64,000 bases of DNA from Polyangiaceae bacterium (lineage in GTDB: Bacteria; Myxococcota_A; Polyangia; Polyangiales; Polyangiaceae): the NCBI GenBank assembly GCA_965222375.1, contig CBDCTZ010000013.1:384001-448000 (forward strand). The letters are read 5' to 3'. Positions 40,456 to 48,790 of the stretch are shown here, piece by piece. The position numbers were made by a program, and so were the translations under genes. Every line of letters starts with the position of its first letter. The stretch's first letter is position 1. The notes under the pieces are model-generated. The model did no database searches. It was not told the DNA's origin and saw only the letters and a list, made by a program, of their open reading frames with translations.

Positions 40456-40620
40456 GGTGCAGTTCCAGAACTAACTCTAGTACCGCGGACTCAGGGTTGG
40501 GGCTCGAACCAGCCACCCGCCATGCTTTTCGTCAGGTCCCGAGCGGCGTCGCCCCACAACCGCCGGCGACGCCCGAGGAGCCGCGATGATTCTACGCTAT
40601 GATCGGGCGCGAGGTTCACG

Positions 40621-41034
40621 GTGTCGGGCACCCCTGGGCGATTCTCAGTCAAGGTCTACTACGAGGACACCGACAGCCTGTCGGTGGTGTACTACGCAAA
40701 TTACCTCAAGTATCTCGAGCGCGCTCGCAGCGAGTTCTTCGCCGACGTCGGATTTCCCCCTTGGAAGCTGAACGAGGGGGGAATCATCGTGACCGTGTAC
40801 CACGCCGACATCACTTTTCTGTCGCCCGCTCGACTAGGAGACACCTGCGAGGTGGTGACGTCGGTGGCGCAGTACACGAAGCACCGTCTCGTCCTCGATC
40901 AGAGCATCATGCTGGGCAAGACTCGCTCGATCAAAGCCAAGATCACGTTGGTTTTCCTCAACCGCGACCTCGTTCTGGATGAGATCCCGGCGAACATCGC
41001 TGCCTGGCTCAACGAGAACTGGCCGAATACGTAG
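40621..41034 (+). CDS. YbgC/4HBT-family acyl-CoA thioesterase
   Basis: VYYEDTD..VVYYANYLKYLERAR. Confidence 0.9.
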   Translation: MSGTPGRFSVKVYYEDTDSLSVVYYANYLKYLERARSEFFADVGFPPWKLNEGGIIVTVYHADITFLSPARLGDTCEVVTSVAQYTKHRLVLDQSIMLGKTRSIKAKITLVFLNRDLVLDEIPANIAAWLNENWPNT

Positions 41035-41112
41035 GTTCCCACACAACTCGCTGCGATTTGCCACCGAGCGAGCGCCGCACGCGGTGGACGCAAATGTTTT
41101 TGACTTGCGCCA

Positions 41113-41175
41113 TTGACACGCCCACGGTCGTGAGCATTATTTGCACATCCAAACAATTGTGCAAATATGCAAATA
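41113..41175 (+). promoter_or_regulatory. sigma70-type promoter with ArsR-type operator
   Basis: TTGACA (41113-41118), 16 nt, CATTAT. Inverted repeat TATTTGCACA-N10-TGTGCAAATA (41138-41167) plus an extra TGCAAATA copy. Confidence 0.7.
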
Positions 41176-41179
41176 GGGG

Positions 41180-42007
41180 ATGAAAATGACTAACGAAGTG
41201 CAGCGGATTCGGACCCGAGTGGCGCGAGACTACGGCCAAAAGGCGGCGCAGCTCCAAGACGGCCTCAGCGCGGAGTCGCTGGGCAGTGGCAACTACGACG
41301 AAGCAGAGATTGCCAAGGTCGACGACGCCTTTTCCTTTGGCTGTGGCAACCCAGTGGCCTTGGCTCAGGTGTCGGAGGGGCAAACCGTGGTGGACTTGGG
41401 ATGCGGCGCGGGGCTCGACCTCGTTCTGGCTGCGGAGCGAACGGGACCCACGGGGCGGGTCATTGGTGTGGACATGACGGCCGAGATGCTCGAGCGCGCG
41501 CGCCACAACATCGAGCGCTCGGGGCATGAACACATCGAGTTGCGAGAGGGTTTCATCGAAGAGCTACCCGTCGACGACGCTTCAGTGGACTGGGTACTGT
41601 CGAATTGCGTGCTCAATTTGTCGCCGGACAAGCCAAGCACCTTTGCCGAGATCGCGCGGGTTCTCCGACCTGGGGGACAAATGCTGATTTCGGACGTCGT
41701 TGTCGAACGTGTGCCGACGTGGATTCGACGCTTGACGAAACTAGTCGAGCCCAGCGTCGCGGGCGCCATCGGCGAGGAAGACTACGTGGCACTACTCGAG
41801 CAGGCCGGCCTGAGAGACATCAGCATCAAGAACCGCCTCGTGTATGACGCAGCGGCCATCGCGGGGATGATCCGCGACGAACTCGAGAGCCGTGGCCGCC
41901 TGAGTCGTCTCCTCAGCCGTCTGCTGGCGAATCGCGTCGCGCGTTCAGTTGCGGGGCGCGTAGTCAGCATCAAGGTCGCAGCGCGCCGACCGGGGCTCGA
42001 AACATGA
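41180..42007 (+). CDS. arsM: Arsenite methyltransferase-like SAM methyltransferase
   Basis: FGCGNP, DLGCGAGLD, GVDMT, SNCVLNLSPDK; adjacent ArsR gene. Confidence 0.8.
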   Translation: MKMTNEVQRIRTRVARDYGQKAAQLQDGLSAESLGSGNYDEAEIAKVDDAFSFGCGNPVALAQVSEGQTVVDLGCGAGLDLVLAAERTGPTGRVIGVDMTAEMLERARHNIERSGHEHIELREGFIEELPVDDASVDWVLSNCVLNLSPDKPSTFAEIARVLRPGGQMLISDVVVERVPTWIRRLTKLVEPSVAGAIGEEDYVALLEQAGLRDISIKNRLVYDAAAIAGMIRDELESRGRLSRLLSRLLANRVARSVAGRVVSIKVAARRPGLET

Positions 42008-42339
42008 ATCGACGGATCGCAAAACTGGCGAAGCTGCTGTCGCCAAAGATGTTCAAGGCGCTCGCAGACCCGACACGCATGAAGATCTTGCAGGCGCTCG
42101 TAGCGGAACGCACTGCAAGCTGCACGGTTGGCCAAATCGCATCTCTATGTCCCGTCGACACTTCCGTCGTGTCGCGGCACCTGGCGGTCCTACGCGACGC
42201 CGGCGTCCTGGAAGCGGAACGCCAGGGCAAGGAGGTTCACTACCGAGTAGAAGTCTCTAGCGTCGTCGCCTGGCTGCGGGAAACCGCGGACGCGCTGGAA
42301 AGCTGCTGCCCGCCGGCAAAGAAGCGAAGCGGCGGCTGA
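42004..42339 (+). CDS. arsR: ArsR/SmtB-family repressor
   Basis: FKALADPTR..VSRHLAVL..G; C-terminal CC; ATGA overlap with arsM. Confidence 0.88.
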   Translation: MNRRIAKLAKLLSPKMFKALADPTRMKILQALVAERTASCTVGQIASLCPVDTSVVSRHLAVLRDAGVLEAERQGKEVHYRVEVSSVVAWLRETADALESCCPPAKKRSGG

Positions 42340-42397
42340 TGTTCGTCGCCCAATGGCCTTGCACAATGGTGGCGGCACCGAGCAACGGTCGCTAGCA

Positions 42398-42910
42398 CTA
42401 GTGCTCTCGGCTGGGCGCAACACTGTGCATGAAGCGGGGTCGCCCCTGGACCATGGCGGCGGAGTGGATCACCAGGTCGTCGCGCTTGGCCGCGTTGCGA
42501 CTGGAGATGCACGCGCTCAACGCCTCACGCGGGCTCGCTGCCGTGGTTGCGCTCTTGACTATGCGTTTGGCCGTGACGAGGCAGGGCTTGCCAGCGTTGA
42601 GATCCAGCTTGGTGCATGCGAGCACCATGCACTTCTGCCCCTTCGCCAGGTAGGCCGAGAGCAGCTGAGGGATCGGCACGGAATTCCCTGCCCTGCCTTC
42701 CCACAAACGGAGCCGCGTTGGGTCGTCAGGAAGCGTGTAGCCAGAGAAGGCCTTCAAGCGTTCCCGAAGGCCGAAGGTTTTGGAGACGGGTAGCCCGGAG
42801 AAAACGGGTTTGATCACCAGCCCGGCCGAGTCTGTGAACCGCTGGTGGCCGGCTCGCTCTTTTTGATCCGGCGCGTGACCGAGGTAAGCCTCGAGGCTGT
42901 CGACAGGAAA
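42398..42910 (-). pseudogene. Probable 3' fragment of an unknown gene
   Basis: Protein-like ORF with no convincing start, abutting the PqqB-like fragment back to back. Confidence 0.35.
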
Positions 42911-43182
42911 AGGAGATCGAGAAGGTCGATTACGCACTGCTCGATGGCACTTTCTTCGCAGATGGCGAAATCCCCGGGCGCAGCATGGCGGAGATCCCGC
43001 ATCCGTTCATCATGGAGTCCCTCTCGCGATTCGATTCCATGCCGGCGGAGCAGCGCGGAAAGGTATGGTTCACCCACTTGAACCATACGAACCCGGCGTC
43101 GGATCCGGACTCCGAGGCAGCAGCGAAGGTTCGACAGGCCGGGATGGCCATCGCCAGGGATGGACAGACTTTCGAACTGTGA
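42907..43182 (+). pseudogene. 3' fragment of a PqqB-like MBL-fold metallohydrolase
   Basis: EKVDYALLDGTFFADGEIPGRSMAEIPHP..FTHLNHTNP; the N-terminal ~200 aa are absent. Confidence 0.75.
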
Positions 43183-43205
43183 GAGGCAATGATGGCCCGG
43201 ACCAC

Positions 43206-44684
43206 CTACTGCGGGTCCGTGTTTGGTTTTTGGGCTGGCGCCTTTTGTGTCTCCTGGATTTCGATCAGCTTCAGGTGGTAGCTGGCCTTGCGGCGTTCGG
43301 ACGGATCTTGGCTCAGCTCGAGGACGCGGTGAAACGCCGCCTTCGCCTGAACCAAGCGTCCCCGCGCTAGCTCCGACACACCTAGGTTTTGGAAGGCCGC
43401 GTCGAGATCCACATAGGCCCAAGCGTCGCTCGGGCTGTTCGCCGCGCGCCCAAAGTAGCCGGCGGCGCTGTCGAAGTCGCGGCGCTGCATAGCGCTGAGG
43501 CCAAGATAAAAATGTGCTTCTCGACAGATCGGCTGCCGCGTCTCCTCGGGCGTCCAGAGCGCAACGTCGTCCTTGTAGCGGGAGCCTTGGCCAAAACTGA
43601 CCAGGGCGAAGATGCCGAGCAGTACGCCTGCACCACGTTTGAGGGCCAGAGATGCACTCCCGAGCTGTTTGCCGAAACAGAGTGCAAGCAAACACAGCGG
43701 TACGTAAAGGTAGTGCGGCGACCAGAAGCGAGACAGAGGAACCAGGTTCAGAATCGGAACGAAGCTCAGCGCAGCCAGTAGTCCCAGCTTTGGAAGTTTG
43801 ATGGCTAAGAACACCAGCAGGCCCACGGCGAGGGCGCCGAACGCGGCCGAAGCGCTGATGACGGACTCGATGCGGATGGCATCACAGATAGTTGGATCCA
43901 GCGGGAGCAGCAGCGCCTTCGCCGACTTGGTGATCGCAGCTAGCCGCGTTCCGATCGCCTGATCGACTGTGGCCACCGGGAAACCCGCGCGATAAGCCGG
44001 GGCAAACTTGAGCCACAAGGCAAGTGCCCCGCAGAGCGCGAGCAACTCGCCGACGAGAAGCCGACCCTGCGGAAGCTCGAACTTCCATCCCCCGCGCCGG
44101 CTCAAGACAAGCAGCGCCAGCGGAGCGTAGACAAACATGGTCTCTTTGCTCAGGCAGCCGAGAAAGATGCAACAAGCCGCGCCCAGGACGTGTTTCCTGA
44201 GGTGGAAGATGATCAGTCCGAAAAGAAAGACCGCGAGCATTGACTCAGAGCGAAAAGCGATCGCGCCGGCGACGAGCGAGCTGACGGGGTGCACGGCCGC
44301 GACACCGCCACAGAGCAGTGCGCCGAGGCGCGACAGCCCGAGCTCCAGAGCCAACTTCGCCAGCAGCGCCGCGGCTGCCGCATGCCAAACAACACTGTGC
44401 AAGTGGTACCAGCGCACGGAGTCCACCAGCGCATCGACCGAGAGGACGAGTGCCATCAGGGGCCGGTAGTACCCCGTGTCTGCGAAGCCGCGCGTGAACA
44501 GGGACAGCCAAGCTCCGGGTTCCGCAACGGCTGCGCCGGCGCCGATGTGTGCGTGATCGAGCCACACGAAACCGCCGTTCACTGCCTGGGCGTGAACTAC
44601 AGCCGCCAGGCAGGCCACGAGCCACGCGGGCCCCACCTTTTCTAGCAGCTGTGCTGGGCCCGACGTTGCCGAGGTGCCGCCCAC
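43206..44684 (-). CDS. GT-C-like (TMTC-type) membrane glycosyltransferase with C-terminal TPR
   Basis: FVWLDH, YYRPL, AVHP, LSKE, HYLYVP, ALW, then TPR helices (AHFYLG, AFQNLG). Confidence 0.7.
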   Translation of the reverse strand: MGGTSATSGPAQLLEKVGPAWLVACLAAVVHAQAVNGGFVWLDHAHIGAGAAVAEPGAWLSLFTRGFADTGYYRPLMALVLSVDALVDSVRWYHLHSVVWHAAAAALLAKLALELGLSRLGALLCGGVAAVHPVSSLVAGAIAFRSESMLAVFLFGLIIFHLRKHVLGAACCIFLGCLSKETMFVYAPLALLVLSRRGGWKFELPQGRLLVGELLALCGALALWLKFAPAYRAGFPVATVDQAIGTRLAAITKSAKALLLPLDPTICDAIRIESVISASAAFGALAVGLLVFLAIKLPKLGLLAALSFVPILNLVPLSRFWSPHYLYVPLCLLALCFGKQLGSASLALKRGAGVLLGIFALVSFGQGSRYKDDVALWTPEETRQPICREAHFYLGLSAMQRRDFDSAAGYFGRAANSPSDAWAYVDLDAAFQNLGVSELARGRLVQAKAAFHRVLELSQDPSERRKASYHLKLIEIQETQKAPAQKPNTDPQ

Positions 44685-44705
44685 AGCGGTTACGCCTGTA
44701 CTGCT

Positions 44706-45857
44706 CTAGTCCCTCGTGATCGTGAACTGATCGACGACCTTGTCGCTCACGTTCTTGAAGTAGCCCTTGGCCGCCTTGGGGTTGCCGTTGATGTTGAAGT
44801 CAATGAACAGCGCACCGTATTCAGCATTCTGATCGCTCGTGTAAATGAACGCCCATTCCTGCTTGCAACCGTAGGGGAACGTGAACGGCAAGCAGCGATC
44901 TTGATTGCGGATTCCGATGCCCCCAAGCCCCGATACGAACGCGAACGTGCGCCCGGGACCCACGCAGAGCTTCCCGGCATCCAAGCACGTGGAATCGACG
45001 GTCTGGTTTTCCATGCTGGTCAGCGTTCGGGTGCGTGAGTAGCTGTGCTCATGGCCCGTCGCGATGATGCCACCGTACTTGCGGCAGTTCTCGTAGATCG
45101 GCCAGCCCATCTCGTTGCCCTTGCCTCCGACCTGCATCGCGTTCTGGTTCTTGTGCCAGGAGCAGACCTTCCAGATGTGCTTGTCGTTCTTCAGGTAGGT
45201 ATCGACGTGTGCGGCATGCTCCACGTTCTTGCCGTTCTCGCCAGCGAGCACGACCTTCAGCCCCTTGTAGTTGAAGGCGTAGTTTTCGTCGGAGAGGTCC
45301 CCCTCCTCGATCGTGACGCCGTTGTCCTTCATTCGCTTCTCGAATTCCGCGGCATAACCAGCCCAGGCGTTGTCGTCGTGATTGCCGACGGAGCCGAAGT
45401 AGGGGTACTTCGCACCCAGCACGCTGTTGATCACGGGAAAGAACTCCGCAGGCTTCTCCTGGTAGTCGAAGTCTCCTTGGTGGAGCACGAAGTCCGCGCC
45501 CTCGGCCTTGATCAAGTTGAGCACCTTGACGAAGTTGGAACCCTTGCCGCTATCGCCGATGAAGGCGACGCGCAAATCCGCCTCGGTTGGGATCTCGCCG
45601 GTGCTGCCCGCGGTCCCGCCGCTGCCCGATGCTCCACTGCTGCCACTCGAGCCAGACGTACCGCCGCTACCGGAGGCCCCAGAAGCCCCACCTCCGCTTC
45701 CTCCCGAGGAGGCTCCGGCGCTACCACCCGTTGCTCCGGCGCTGCCGGCGCTTCCGCCCGTATTCGAAGCGGCATCGTCATCCGAGCCGCAGCTCGCCAC
45801 ACTGGCCAGGAACCCCAGTGTGCAACCGGCAAGTGCTAGTTGGTGGCTGATACTCAT
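44706..45857 (-). CDS. Metallophosphoesterase lipoprotein with a Gly/Ser linker
   Basis: VASC lipobox; GDSG, GDFDY, GNHD, GHEHSY. Confidence 0.9.
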   Translation of the reverse strand: MSISHQLALAGCTLGFLASVASCGSDDDAASNTGGSAGSAGATGGSAGASSGGSGGGASGASGSGGTSGSSGSSGASGSGGTAGSTGEIPTEADLRVAFIGDSGKGSNFVKVLNLIKAEGADFVLHQGDFDYQEKPAEFFPVINSVLGAKYPYFGSVGNHDDNAWAGYAAEFEKRMKDNGVTIEEGDLSDENYAFNYKGLKVVLAGENGKNVEHAAHVDTYLKNDKHIWKVCSWHKNQNAMQVGGKGNEMGWPIYENCRKYGGIIATGHEHSYSRTRTLTSMENQTVDSTCLDAGKLCVGPGRTFAFVSGLGGIGIRNQDRCLPFTFPYGCKQEWAFIYTSDQNAEYGALFIDFNINGNPKAAKGYFKNVSDKVVDQFTITRD

Positions 45858-45952
45858 GATCTTGCTCCGCTCCTTGGGCGAAAGCATGCCCTGGTTTGGA
45901 GAAACTGTCATCCCGGGATAGTCTGCCGGACTTCATCGGCGAGGGGACTTGC

Positions 45953-46885
45953 ATGGCACATCGACTCGAAGCCACAGCGCTGCTGGCGGCACTGGTTTTC
46001 AGCTTTGGCTGCGGCTCGGACGAAGTCATCGCGGCCAGCGGCGGTGCCGGGGGCACCGGCGGCGGCGCGGGTGCTGGCGGTGCGACCGGTGGTAGCGCGG
46101 GAACCGGCGGAGGCGACGCAGGCCCCACCATCAGCTATTCGGGTAGGTTCACGGAATTTGCACTCATCGGCAACGAGCCGCCCTTGGAGGATGCAGAGAT
46201 CTGTGTCGTCGATCACCCTCAGATCCCGTGCGTGAACACCGACGCCGACGGCAAGTATCTGCTCACGGGAGTGCCAGCGAATACGGAGCTGGCCATCACG
46301 GCTACCAAAGACGGCTTTCAGGGCAACTTGGTGCTGGCGGTGTCCGGCGAGGTCGATCAAACCGTGGACGCCTTCATGATCAACAACACCCTCGCGCAGC
46401 TCGTCTACACAGGCGCGGGCTTCACGTGGCCCCTCAACAACGAAGGCACCCTCACCGCGGGTGTGTTCCACCGTGTACCGGTGAACGGTGGCGGGGACGC
46501 AGGAGGCGGGGACGCAGGAGGCGGGGACGCAGGAGGCGGAGACGCGGGCGCGACCGATGCGGCCACTAGCGACGCGGCTGGCACTGACGCGGGCACCAAG
46601 AACGAAGGCTTGGACGGCGCGACCATGACGGTGACCCCCGTGGCGGGCAAAGGGCCCGTGTACCTGAGCTCGGGGGGCACACCAGACCAGGGTGCGACCG
46701 CAACCTCGTCGCAAGGATTCGGCATCTTCGGCAATCTCCCACCGGGTGACTATGAGGTCGCCGTGTCCCACCCAACCAAGACTTGCGTCATCGACCTGCT
46801 CGGCTGGCCAGCAACGAACAAGAGCGCCGCGCGCGTACGCGTCCAAGCCGACTTCATCGCGGCTGCTACCTTCATCTGCGAGTAG
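45953..46885 (+). CDS. Lipoprotein with carboxypeptidase-regulatory-like domains and GGDAG repeats
   Basis: SFGC lipobox; TDADGKYLLTGVP, NLPPGDYEV; 15-bp repeats at about 46488-46548. Confidence 0.78.
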   Translation: MAHRLEATALLAALVFSFGCGSDEVIAASGGAGGTGGGAGAGGATGGSAGTGGGDAGPTISYSGRFTEFALIGNEPPLEDAEICVVDHPQIPCVNTDADGKYLLTGVPANTELAITATKDGFQGNLVLAVSGEVDQTVDAFMINNTLAQLVYTGAGFTWPLNNEGTLTAGVFHRVPVNGGGDAGGGDAGGGDAGGGDAGATDAATSDAAGTDAGTKNEGLDGATMTVTPVAGKGPVYLSSGGTPDQGATATSSQGFGIFGNLPPGDYEVAVSHPTKTCVIDLLGWPATNKSAARVRVQADFIAAATFICE

Positions 46886-47214
46886 CTGCAGTCCCTGAGA
46901 GCGCGAGACTACGGCCAGCGTTCCGTGGACCCGCAAAGGCAAAGCTCCCGAGCGGGGTTGTTCGGTTGACTGGGTCGCATCGCGGGGCGTCGTTGGGCCG
47001 CGACTCCCAACCTGGACCGAAGCGTTGCGGTGGGCGCAAAAGGCCCGGGCAGAAACCTCGAGCTATTCGCGTGACGGATCGGCGCTCCACTACGTTTAGG
47101 TATGAAATGGCGCTGAATCTTGCTCTCGCTGCCAAACGGCCCTGGAATCCACTATTTTCCATGGCAAAGGGAAGCTTTTGTAGGGTCGCCCGTAGCAGGC
47201 ACCCGGAGGGATCT

Positions 47215-48483
47215 ATGCGATTGATGACCTACTTGGGCTTTGCGGCCATCGGGAGCCTGCTGGGCGCGGGGGCGCTCAGCGCTTGCTCGGGTGCCACGGA
47301 CGGAAATGAAGTGGGCGGCGGCGCACAGCCGGGCACCGGCGGGACCGGGGGCGGCGGGGGCCTGCCCGATTCGGGCATTGCTTTCGATTCCGGCAATCCC
47401 GACGGCGGCTCCACGGACGCGAGCGCCTGCGGCAAGCTACAAGAAACCGCACAGATCGAGATCAAGCCCGCGGACATCGTGTTCATCGTGGATAACTCGT
47501 GCTCGATGAACCAGGAAGCGCAAGGCGTGCAAGACAACATCGCCACGAACTTCGCGCAGATCATCAGCGCCAGCGGAATCGACTATCGGGTGATTCTCAT
47601 CTCCGACAATGGCCCGACATCCTCGGGATCCATCTGCGTGGGGCCACCCCTAGGCAACAGCATCTGCCCGCCAACCAGCGGCACGGCGCCGAAGAACAAC
47701 CCGCCGCTCTTCTATCACTTCGACAAAGGCGATGTGTACAGCACGGACGGCTGGTGCAAAGCCAAGCAGTGGTACAACCAGGCCGACGTACACGGCCTAG
47801 CGCCAGGCGGTTGGAAGGACTGGCTGCGCCCCGGAAGCTTGAAGGCCTTTGTGATGGTGACCGACGATCGCGTGTCGTGCAGCGGCTACACCGACTCCAG
47901 CAACCCGCTCGCAACGGCGCAGAAGTTCGATCAGGACCTGATGGCCCTGGACCCGACCATGTTCGGCACCGTCGCGAATCGCAACTACGTCTGGTACAGC
48001 ATCGTCGGCGTTGGCGCGAACCCGGCAGACCCAACCGGCGCCTATCAGCCCAACGAGCCAATCACGAGCAGCAAGTGCTCAGGTGCCGTCAATGCCAGCC
48101 CGGGCAATCAAGCGCTCAGCCAGATCACTGGTGGGCTGCGTTTCCCGGTATGCAACGGCTTCCAGTACGACGAGGTCTTCAAAGCCATCGCCAAAGGCGT
48201 CATCGCCGGCGCCAAGGTCGCGTGCGATTTCCAGCTGCCGGATCCACCCAAGGGCAAGGAGTTCAATCTCGACAGCGTTTCCGTCAACTACACGCCGGGG
48301 GGGTCGACCACGCCACAGCATTTGACTCAGGTCGCCAACGCGGCGTTGTGCGCGCCGGGCAAGTTCTATATCGACACCACTATCGATCGCGTCTTCCTGT
48401 GCCCCGCGGCATGTGGGGCGGTGCAGCAAGATCCGGATGCAAAGCTCGACGTTCTCGTGGACTGTGTCACGGACGTGAAGTAG
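47215..48483 (+). CDS. vWA-domain lipoprotein (CglB-like architecture)
   Basis: LSAC lipobox; MIDAS DIVFIVDNSCSM; VTDD; Cys-rich C-terminus. Confidence 0.85.
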   Translation: MRLMTYLGFAAIGSLLGAGALSACSGATDGNEVGGGAQPGTGGTGGGGGLPDSGIAFDSGNPDGGSTDASACGKLQETAQIEIKPADIVFIVDNSCSMNQEAQGVQDNIATNFAQIISASGIDYRVILISDNGPTSSGSICVGPPLGNSICPPTSGTAPKNNPPLFYHFDKGDVYSTDGWCKAKQWYNQADVHGLAPGGWKDWLRPGSLKAFVMVTDDRVSCSGYTDSSNPLATAQKFDQDLMALDPTMFGTVANRNYVWYSIVGVGANPADPTGAYQPNEPITSSKCSGAVNASPGNQALSQITGGLRFPVCNGFQYDEVFKAIAKGVIAGAKVACDFQLPDPPKGKEFNLDSVSVNYTPGGSTTPQHLTQVANAALCAPGKFYIDTTIDRVFLCPAACGAVQQDPDAKLDVLVDCVTDVK

Positions 48484-48790
48484 CCAGGCACTGGAGACCA
48501 GGCGCCCCCCGATGGCACCATTCCCCGGGACGGCAAGGCCGGGGTGCGGCTGACCGAACCGCTCCAGCCCGGGGCGATGTGATGGGGTGGCTCGCGACCT
48601 GGTGAATAGCCGCCGGGGCGCTTTTCGCATGCGCAGGGGCTGGCCATGGTGGCTGCATACGGTGTCTGGGTGTGACGACAGTCATCGCGAACCCGACGGG
48701 GGGCTGAGCGGTCGGCACGCTGTCCGCGGAGCCGACAGATCCCTCGCCGCCCCTTGCGGCTGCGGCCCGGCGGACACATGAGCTTTCAGG

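Noticed and set aside
42907..43182. PQQ biosynthesis operon
   Set aside because: Only a PqqB-like fragment; no pqqA, C, D or E in the window.
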